Shown here: one piece after another, positions 53,524 through 64,000 of the stretch
How positions within the stretch are numbered: the stretch's first letter is position 1
How the letters are laid out: each line of letters opens with the position of its first letter
NCBI RefSeq assembly: GCF_000150275.1
Contig: NW_002060943.1
Span: 3,678,008-3,742,007 of the forward strand
Direction of reading: 5' to 3'
DNA from: Trichoplax adhaerens
Lineage: Eukaryota; Animalia; Placozoa
Length of the DNA stretch: 64,000 bases
Notes under the pieces: generated by a model
What the model was told of the DNA's origin: nothing
Seen by the model: the letters and a program-made list of their open reading frames with translations, nothing else
The model's database searches: none
Made by a program: the position numbers and the translations under genes

Positions 53524-56500
53524 ATGCCTTCTTCCAGTGTCGATAGAAAAAGAAAGAGACGCGGTTATTCTAGTCGCTCTCCGGATCACTATCATCACCA
53601 AGTCCGAGATGATCATGCTAGGAAAAGGAAGATAGCAAGGCATGATCTTGATCGTAGTCAATCTCCAACTTATCGTAGGCGCCAACGCCAACGTTGTCTT
53701 GATCGACATCATTGGCGTTATGATGGAGAGCGCAATCGAAGTAATCCTACAGGATCCACCTATGAACGTCGCCGCGGCCAGGACCATTCACGACACCGAC
53801 ATTCAAGGCCCTCTAAACATCGCTCTTACCATAGTCGACTTTCTTCAACTGCAAGCCATCACGTAAGTGTTATTGCTTATGTTTTCCTTCGTCTTGTTGA
53901 CCAATCCTATTGCAGTCCTTGATGGCATAATGTGAGATGAAATGGACCTTCCATTTTTCGACACTCTCTTAATTCTATGCTTGCGATCATCAAGAGTGTT
54001 GACAGTGAAAAAAAAAATATATTTGCCAGGCCGATACTGTAGTCGAGTTTTCCATCACTGTCATAGGATGACAATCGGTAGCTACTCAAAGGCCATGGAT
54101 AAATGACGACAACGAGCTCATTTTCTTAGTCTAATCCATTAAACTAATTTATAATATTGTATCGGAATTCTATACGCTTGGATGAAAGTGGATATGGTAA
54201 TCATCCATACTTGGAGCAAGCTGCAAGTGAATTTCTGAAGCTAGAGGCAAAATGGGTCGTCTGCAATACGTAGAATTCGATGAATCATCATGTGTATAAA
54301 GTAGAAACTATTGCAAAAGACAGTTTAATAGCAATAGAAGACCCTTTTCTTTGCTTGATCCTACAGTTTAGAACGGAATAGTCCGGTAAAGGTAAAATTG
54401 ACCGGCACCACTCCATTCGAAATAGATAGTATCAATAATTTCAAAGTATTGTCTACTAGGACAGTAAAACCCCTATAATTAAAAGTATTCATGGACAATT
54501 AGAATCGTTTTTTAATTATGCTACGCCTAGACAAGTTGCTACAAAATAGAATACTGTAGTATCCATTGAAAAAATGATGGATTTCTAGAACTTGGCAATG
54601 GAATCTTTCAATACTGTTGTAACATGACCGAGTACAATTTGAAATGGCCAACAACAAAAACTGATGGCCATCTCTTAAGGGGAACAACGGATTCAAACAG
54701 CAATCATGGCATTGAACATGTTCAAAATGAAATTACATCTATCTTAGACCATCATGGACAATGATGCACCCAACACTGTTGAAAATGGAACTATATGTGG
54801 ATCCATCGTAGTCGTGTAAAGTACTAATCTTTGACATAAGTGGACCGTTAATGATAATGTAGTCAAGAGACATTTGCCATAGAAATCCGTTGGATAAGAT
54901 AGGATCATCATGATTAAAGTCCACTCTAGGCTTGCAATGGCCATGAGCCTTTCTTAAGTTGATTTCAATATCCTTTTTTCCCTTGCAAACAGCAGAGAGG
55001 CGTCATCTTGTGTCAAAATGCTTTTGCAAGTATACGTAGGTGCGCCTACTACCCTACCAATCATTACTTTTTACTTTGATACTAAGTAGTATTCAAGCAG
55101 ACAGTGTAAAGAGGGACTTATTCGTTTATTGAGCATGAAAGAAGTAGCACATTAATATTCGGGCCATATTCTTAATTATTCTAGTCCATATTCTATTACA
55201 TGCCAAGACGATGATATAAGTGGATCAAGATGAAAAACTTGCTTCTTGCAAGCCGTTACAGCTAGCTTTGGAAAGAATTTCACTTTGTATCTCTGTCAAA
55301 GTTGGCGATATCTCTCTCTCTCTATAAATATATATTCTCAAGCACAAGTATATCTTCTACGTTTATAGCGATCCTATCGTGGCAATGACAGAATGAAATC
55401 AATTGTAGTACAGTAATGGAATGCTTAGAAAGAATCCATCAAATCAGTATCAGCTTTATTTCCTATGAATTCTTTAAGATAAACATCTACCTTAAGAGCT
55501 TATGATGGGCTATTTCAGCTAATTAGAATGAATTAATTATGAAAAAGATTAGAAATGATTAGCATGGTATCTAGTAGATTACTTTAAGAAATTCAATAAC
55601 TCAATGTAAATCATCTTATACGATTACCACCAAGATGTACTTTTGGATCAGATCTGATCCGTAACTTTAAAGGGCTCATCGTAGGATAACAAAATGGATA
55701 ATTATCATTTTTATACTATACGCGTACAGTAATGATCGCTAAAATAACTACGATATCTTGCTCTCCATTCCATGACCGTATTATTATTGTAGACTACAAA
55801 GTCAACTACTCCATGTTGTACTAGATCATTTTTGAAGTACTGTCTAATCGTTAATTAACTTTATTTTGATTACTTTCCCGTAGCAGTCAACAATTTGGGT
55901 ACAAATATTGAAAAAGTGGACATGGGATTAAAAATGATTTCCTTGTTTGTACACTCTATCGCCCTTGCACAATTTGGTTAGTTGTCCGTCATGACACCAC
56001 TTTAAAAATGATTGCCATTTTTCAGCCAATAAGTCTATTTTAGCATCTTATAGAGCAACATGGTATCAATTTTTATGTATGCGCATTTATGATTGCGTTT
56101 ACTAGATTATTTCAATCTAGACGGATAAGTCAACTCTCTCAATTTATTAGCACAATTCTTTCCCCAGGTATGATGGACATCCTGATTTTCACCATATTAA
56201 AATCAATCAATACTTGGCTTGAGTAGAGTTTGGGAAAATTTAAAGTCTTCAATAAAATAATTCCAGATTGCTATGAGTGGATACCTAGAACTATCATCTC
56301 AATTACAGCCAAACCAATGATAAAAATTTCGCATTTAGTTCTACATGCTATTGTTAACATCTTCTAGTAGGTTGAATGAGACATATATTAGGAATGACTG
56401 CAATCCACTTCTGTAGGGCAAATTTCGAGAATAACATGTAAAAAAGTATTAGCATTCTCGTATCATTAACTGACCATCTATTTGAAGATATTTTAGATGT

Positions 56501-59500
56501 AGCAGTCAATCCGCTTAACTTATTTTATTAAATAATTGCAACAACAGCATGATTGAAATGCATACTTTGCGATAGAATGTTAAAGTGCATGTATATAGAT
56601 GCTACGGTCAATCCCGGGGATCGGCCATATACAAACTAGGATTAGATACCGAAAGGTGTCTATACCCAGTGGATTTAATTTTTTGAGGGCAATTAAAAAT
56701 TAAATGAAATAACGGCGTTTCTTAATATCACTACGAAATTGAAGATTTGAGAAATATAATTGAAATTTTATCGTACCGTAGCTTAAGCAATAACCGGTGG
56801 TGAAATTTTAATATCATATTGATATTAATTAACCTTTAAAGTGACAATTTTAATTCATCAGCAATATCAATTAATGCATGACTTTATTAATGGATTGAAA
56901 TGCTTTGGTTCATACAGTAATTAGTAATTGTAAAAATTGTCATCGATCATCCTCAGTTTTGATAACAGTCTTACAATTATGTTCTATCTTGTCATTATAA
57001 AGCTACTGGTAGGTCTGTTCACTGAGTAAACTTTAAAATGAAAAATGGACTCCAGTAGACTCTTATTCCCTACGGCATTATTATTGTTGCTAATATATGC
57101 GTATATTGTTATAATTTAGAAAATAAAACCTGTTCGCTTGAAGTGTTGATCAACTAAATATGTTTGCTATGTTATCCCATTGCGGTGTTTCTATTCCTGA
57201 AGTACAACTCTTTTATCTGTCTGTGTATGCATTCTAAAAATCATCATATCCATGAATATCAGAGGAGAGAAAATGGTGGACAAGTCAAAATTAACGATGA
57301 CGAGGAAGGACACCTCGTATACCAAAAAGGAGATTGGCTGAAATCAAGATGTACTTTTTGATATCTATGCTGCAATAATATTTCCTAGCCTATCCAATAA
57401 TCCGTTACTTGTAGAAAGGAATAAATCCAATGTTTCGTCACTATCTAGTCGCCGTTGGCAGTAACACTTCGCGTATTAAACGCAGTTATAACTTTAACCA
57501 TTGTTTTCGATTTCAATGTAGTAACAAATTTTCATTTGCTACAATGATCGCTTATTTATGGCATACCTGCTATACGATAAGAAATGTTATTGATTTAATT
57601 TTTATTCAAAATTTTAGATCAAATATTAGATACCTTAGGAACTGGTACATTTGGTAAAGTTGCGTTATGTTACGACAAGTATGCTATTGGATGATGTATA
57701 CCGAATTAATTTTAATTGTATTCTATATACATAAGTTCTATAAGAGAAAAACCATTATTCTATGAATGTCGTAACCTATGTTAATTTCACATTAATATTA
57801 ATTAATCGATGATGGATTTATCTCTTATATGATTGGAGTAGACAGTGTGATGATAAAATTGCGTTAAAGATTATTCGAAATGTGCAAAAGTATAGGTGAG
57901 TAGTTACAACACCGCATGCACGTAATAGCTAATATATCTTAAAAGTCTATTCTTTAATATTGGAAAGAATGAATAACATTGGCTAATCATTAATACTAGT
58001 CTGACATACATCCATAAATACTTGTAGACGCATATGCTGCTGCTGTACTTTCTCTATGTAAAAGGCAAACATGGAGTTAAAAAATTTGTAGATATATCAG
58101 GGAGAATTGATTATAGAAATAAGCTATTTTGGATTAATTGTATTCTTTTGTTGTAGAGAGGCTGCAGAATTGGAAATACGCGTATTAAAAAAAATTTGCA
58201 AATGGGATCCCAAAGCAGAAATGTGAGTTTTTGCAATCAAACTTTCTTCGTATTTTATAACATTAGAAATTATCTGTCAATTCAACAATACTACTAGTAA
58301 TGAATGGCGCTAAAATTGTTTAATCTTATAGACCTTGTGTCAGAATGTTGGATTGGTTCGACTATTATGGTCATACTTGTATTTCATTTAATGTGTTAGG
58401 CAGTAGCTCGTTTGATTTTATGGTAAGATAATATTGGAATATTTCTTGAAAACTAGTACTATAGTAGGTTATAATCATTGTATGTTAAATAAATTGTAAA
58501 ATTATTATATTTGTGGTGGCATACTTTCAAATAAATACTTTATAGATCTTCTGTAGTCTAGGGCGTATCATAAATTACGTAGCCTAACTGAAATTGTTAA
58601 CAAACTCGCTGAACACTGATTAATGACTTGACATTTTAACATTATGTTATTAATTATGTAACTGAAATCTACTGTTTAATTTTATTTATTGCTATTTCGT
58701 ACAGCTTGATGCCTTAAATAATTGTTAAAAAGATTGATATTACTGTATTTCTCTATCGTATTGCATAATTTTAATAACTTACTGAAACCTGCAAAGACTA
58801 CCTTAACTGGCTATCATTTTTCTGTCTTTTTTAACGCCTTTAGAAAGATAATAAGTATTCTCCATACCCTATGCATCATATACAGAATATGGGATATCAA
58901 TTATTGTGTGCAATTGCATGTATGTATCAGTATCTTTGCTTATGTTGAGTGTAAAAGCCAGATACAAAATTTTGATACCGTGTACTGAATTGTATTTTCT
59001 TATTTCAGTTCTGCACGACAACAATCTTACTCACACTGACTTAAAGCCAGAAAATATATTATTTACAAATTCAAGTTATCATTCCGAATACAATGAAGAA
59101 CTGGTATGTATTACGTTATTAATAGTTAATACGATTCTCCTTGTGTACCTTCCGCAATTTTCTCTTTTCAATTGTATAATTTTATGCCATCCATTATGCT
59201 ATTATTTTCAGGAAAAGAAACAAAGAGTTTTGCGGAGTAGTAATATTTGTGTCATTGATTTTGGTTCGGCGGTTTTCAAAAGTGAATACCACAGCAGAAT
59301 TGTCTCAACCAGACATTATCGTGCACCGGAGGTTATTTTAGGTATTACATCTTCAGCATAATTGTTGTTAACATTGACATGCAACTACTATAAAAAAGCA
59401 AATGTAGTAATTACTTGCGTCGAAAATTTTAAAATAAGAATTAGGTTGGAGCTACCCATGTGACATTTGGAGTGTCGGTTGCATTCTGTATGAATATTAT

Positions 59501-60160
59501 ACTGGCAATGCTTTATTTCAAGTAAGTTATTGTATCTCCCTACTGTTGCTCTAAAGTGGTTAGAAATTATTTGAGGCTATATGCAATAAGCTACGGGATA
59601 TAATGGCTACTTTAATTGTTGTAGACACATGACAATCGTGAGCATTTGGCCATGATGGAAATTATTTTGGGTGATATTCCCATTGAAATGCAGCTAAAGG
59701 GAAAGTAAGTAATGAATTGATTGCGTTGACTGAAACAGAATAAGACTATTCACTTGCCGCATTTCTGAAACGCTTAATAACATCAAGACTTCTTTTGGAA
59801 ATCCTTATAGAAAATCCCACTACTTTAATAAGAAGGGAAAAGTAGTATGGGATAGCACTGGAGAAGGAGCCAAATATGTATATCGAGAATGTAAACCTTT
59901 AGATGTAAGTTGATAAAGTAATGTTAAGCCCTTTCATGTAAAAAATGACTAATGTAACTGATACTCTCACGCAGGAATATGCTAGAAGCGACGATATAGC
60001 AACTAAGAAATTATTTAACCTTCTATCTAAAATGTTGTGTTACGACCCAAATATGCGAACAACTGCTCCTGAAGCATTACAAGATAGTTTTTTCAAACTA
60101 AAATTAGATAATGTAAATAAAACGAACTCACGTACGCGTAGTAGGACTGATAGTTTGTGA
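53524..60160 (+). CDS. CLK2: CDC-like (LAMMER) dual-specificity kinase, CLK family, 13 exons, about 480 aa
   Basis: Exons 53524-53862 (RS-rich N-terminus), 57263-57350 (DDEEGHL), 57618-57678 (LGTGTFGKV), 57842-57895, 58157-58222, 58332-58422, 58844-58919, 59009-59103 (HTDLKPEN), 59212-59341 ([14 protein letters not shown]), 59439-59521, 59625-59704 ([11 protein letters not shown]), 59811-59904, 59975-60160. The total of 1443 nt is in frame. The vertebrate paralog label is nominal. Confidence 0.95.
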
Positions 60161-60163
60161 TAA

Positions 60164-60165
<2 letters not shown>

Positions 60166-60196
<31 letters not shown>
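60166..60196. repeat. (AT)n microsatellite immediately after the CLK stop
   Basis: TGA TAA TGA followed by about 15 AT units. Confidence 0.95.
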
Positions 60197-60200
<4 letters not shown>

Positions 60201-60801
60201 CATATCAGACCTGCACAACATTGTTATTTAAATCAGGATTTACTATCGGTTATTTTAACATGAAAATATCGTTTGGCTGGCTGTTGGTAAATATTTACAT
60301 GTTATTATACAGACACACTAACGAGCTGACTTAGATTTTACTAATGATACAGTACCAACTTGGTATGGAATTGACTCGTTACTAGAAGTTATAAATTTAA
60401 ACATTTCAAATTTTAGCCAATAAATACTATTAACCGACAATTTTAATGTTAGAAAAGTGACGCAGTTATGCTGATATTTTAATATATCACTGTTGAATTA
60501 CATGACTATACAACTCTACAAAGTTATCTTAGATTACAAGATAAATAATCATGTACAGATGGACAACTGTAATAGATATATATAAATACAAATCCTAGAA
60601 GAACAGGGCCTGTATAACACTAGCAACCTCACGTTGATATTGTATATTATGAGCATTACTATTTTCACTGTAGTTCGCAACATTTAGTTCTATGTGAAGT
60701 AAGTTATGAAATTGATACTAGCAAAGAACGGAATTGTTATGATATTCTTAGGATAACCAATTATAATATAGCTTTAAGCTCGGTTAAAAATTGTTTGTAT
60801 T

Positions 60802-63800
60802 TTATGTATGTTTATGATTATATAAGCTAATCCATAGATATTTTGACTTCGACGGTAACTGTTTGTATTTAGTGCACTGTCTCGCTCCTTTGCAAATTTT
60901 CATCTCCTCCAAGGTATTATGTAAATCAGCCAACTTCCATCTTGGTTGACTAGCAGCTGTGTTTTTTAACTATAATGTTACAGATATAATTGTTAATATG
61001 TTTTTAAGTGTCATAACTTGATATCACTAATAAAATTTTAGTAATGCCTATCGCATAATCTACAAAGGTAATTTTTGTTTACGATAAGAATCAGATTGTC
61101 TGCGTAATTTGCCTACGTAATCCGAATTCTAATGATATTATTAATCATGCTGTATGACTGATAACTCTTACAAGCATCAACATCTACAATAACATACGGT
61201 TTACAGCATGTTATGTGAGTTAAAGAACGATAGTAGAAAGAATTTAGCGTAATATCAGATTTAGCTATGCTCATCAACGGTATTTCCCGAACGTATTTAC
61301 TGTATACTTTATGCAAATATCTCCATAGCATTAAAAGAGTAAACTATTAATCAAACTTTACAGAATCCGCCACGGCTTACAAACGCTAAATCTTAAACTG
61401 TTATTTATAGCTACAAATTAGGTAGTAAATATGATTTACCTGATACGGGTCCTTGGTTAGATCAAAATATTCGACGAATTTGGTTACGAACTCGCAATAG
61501 AGAAAATTATGAGTATTATTTATGGTTCTAACACACCAGTATGTATTATTGTTGACGTTGCCGCAAGCGCAAAATGGATTGCCTAGTAAAATTACGGTAT
61601 TCAGTCAATAGATATTTCTAACATTAAGCGACGAATTTTAATTACTATATTGCAATACATTATTTATTAAAATTTGAATATCGCTAATTGTCCTCCTATT
61701 AAAATTATGCAGTCAATAGTTAAACGATAGTGCAAAACTAGAGCTTGTCTTTTACCATCTGATATCTATTTTTCTAATATTAAACGACGAATTTTAATAC
61801 TCTACTCGCTATAGATTATTAAAACTTGAACATCACTAAATCATTCTATGGAGCAGAACCTGTATAATATGGAGGTGTCTTCCAATGATCTTTTGTTTGG
61901 TAGAAACAAGTTAATGGTGGGCGAGAACAAGATGATTTACCAGAGTAGCCGTCAGATCTATTAGTCATTAGAGCACTATCGCCATCTTCATTAGGTCCAC
62001 TGGCAGAAATATCCTTAGTAACTGCATCAGTGGCTAATTTATTCGCGTGATCTATCTCGTGCTCACATAAGCATCCATTAATAGTTGGTTTTAGGTAATT
62101 TAATGAATTTTTATTTATGGATAACATCAATCGCAAGCGTCGATGGATATCGTTTAGTCTTTTAACTGCTTTATTATAATCTGCTAGCATGTTTAAGAAG
62201 CTAAGCCTCCAACTCGTTGAGTCTTGTGATCGACGCGAAGGCGATGTTATTTGACGCCGATATCTTTCGGCTATACTTCTCTCTTTCCTGACTGATTCTT
62301 GCTGATCTTGAAGCCTTTTAGTGAAATCACTAAATTATAGCAGAGAGAATAAGATTATTCTAGAATCAATACATTGTGAGCATGCAATCTTTATTATTGT
62401 CTTTATTTATGATCCACCAATTTATATTCGATATTTTATCCTCTAACGTTTGTTTATATCAACCTAGTCTCCAAGAAAAGTAGTAATCTATGACCACAAA
62501 ATTTCTATCCACATCGCTAATTAGATCAACTAATACATTCCTTTATCGCCTTTGATATATTAATATGTGATGACTGTTTTAATATACGGATATTTACTTT
62601 ATTCGCTTACTAACTTGTTAATGATGGCATCAAGAAATTGCTTGTCACATATGCAAATAGGATCTTTATTAGTCTTTTTACCATTAGAACATTTCTTTAC
62701 TTTCATACACTGATTGTCTCGGACACAAACAAATTTCTGTTTACCTCTACATGAAGATTTATAGAGTGAAGATTTGCAAAATTCTGCAGCTTTTACATCA
62801 CATTCTTCAACGGCATAAGTCTTCTCACGAGCTTTCCTAGCGACAAAATTTGTTCTTTTAGAAAGCAATATGCTACAAAGTAATAAACTCCCGATAGAAG
62901 TAGATTAAGAACCAAAATGAACAAATTTACGTAACAAAATTTTAGCATGTATCAGTTGATAATTTTACCCTCGTTCTATCAGAATTGTGTCCCTCCATGT
63001 TGTAATGGGAAACTTTCCAGACCACTTCCATCTAATGCAAAGTATAAAGTTAGCAATTGTAACACCAATATTACATAGCTTCCATTCTTCAATGATTGGA
63101 AATTAGAACTACAGAATTGATGGTTTGCATAGGTTCTGTTTATTTAAGATATCGCAATTAATAGAGACTATTCGAAGTGATCAGCATGGTAGCAAAGGAA
63201 TTATGTGCCATTTTTGTTAATCTTATTAGATTAAATCAGCGATCAATGTATTGAAATATTATTTATTGATATCATTCTATTCCAATTTGCAGTTAGCATT
63301 AAAATAGATGAGATGAAACATTTACATTATTCATTTTAAAATAAATTTACGTTAGTTTCGATTAATAATAATATTGGAGGACACTAAAATACCTGGAAAT
63401 TCTAAATAACTGCATAATAGATACTCCATCCATTTGAGATGGAATCGGTACTCCAGCAATATCTAGAAATGTTGGTGCTAAATCGATATTGGAAACAATT
63501 TCTCCCACCCTAAGATGTTAATATTATAAATTTTATTAGGTGCAATATATTATATTTTCAATTTTAGGGCTTTCTGTTGTAGATAATAAGGTAAAAATAT
63601 TCTAAATATATTTTTAATATTGACTACTATTGGGAGAGAAATGATCAATCTTTTGATGTTTGATTATTCTAATGTTAGTAATCAAGCTTAAAAATTCTTA
63701 TAGAAACGATAACATCAAGAACTAACTCATTACAATACTATTAACTTACTTAACATTTTTTGGAATCATAGGGCCACGAACAAGGAAAGGAACTCTAATA

Positions 63801-64000
63801 TCCGTCTCATAGGGCATGGATTTTCCTTTGACTATAGAGAAATGTCCAAGATGATAGCCATGATCCGAAGTGAAGAATAGGTAAGTTTTCTCTTTCAGGT
63901 CAAGCTTACGTATTGAGCGATATAATTTTTCCACAGCATCATCAACAGAAAGAAGCGTTTGCAGTCTTTTACGATATAGAAGATCTGAAGTAAGGCAAGC
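60802..64000 (-). CDS. SULF1: Extracellular heparan sulfate 6-O-endosulfatase (SULF1/2 type), 3' part; gene continues beyond the right edge
   Basis: Exons 64000-63750 ([47 protein letters not shown]), 63509-63393 ([13 protein letters not shown]), 63031-62969 ([10 protein letters not shown]), 62872-about 62615, about 62329-61860 (HWKTPP), 61582-61440 ([30 protein letters not shown]), 60969-60802. The Cys-rich hydrophilic insert separates SULF from GNS. Confidence 0.92.
61610..61842. repeat. Diverged intronic duplication in SULF
   Basis: tttctaa.attaa.cgacgaattttaat...ttattaaaa.ttgaa.atc.ctaa at about 61615 and 61771. Confidence 0.7.

Overview
AT-rich (roughly one-third GC), intron-dense eukaryotic DNA from an early-branching animal. 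Compact GT-AG introns and the gene content suggest a placozoan such as Trichoplax; this is inference. I reconstructed the spliced genes by hand, in this order: ethanolamine kinase (5' exon, -), gamma-tubulin (17 exons, +), a secreted TSP1 + F5/8-type-C protein (-), an intronless GT10 alpha-1,3-fucosyltransferase (+), an unrecognised small Cys-containing multi-exon gene absent from the ORF track (-), an LRP5/6 Wnt co-receptor (16 exons, +), a SAXO3-like ciliary microtubule-inner-protein gene also absent from the ORF track (-), a KIF6-like kinesin-9 with a long loop-12 insert and C-terminal IQ motif (+), a CLK/LAMMER kinase (+), and the 3' part of a SULF1/2-type endosulfatase (-). The SAXO3-like and KIF6-like genes are head-to-head around a cluster of RFX X-box-like motifs, a candidate shared ciliary promoter. 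Three tandem arrays (85, 140 and 78 bp units) each lie upstream of a gene start. The 78-bp array has an older relative that flips orientation at internal AGATCT palindromes. There is a 299-N assembly gap. I found no rRNA, tRNA, CRISPR or recognisable transposase.
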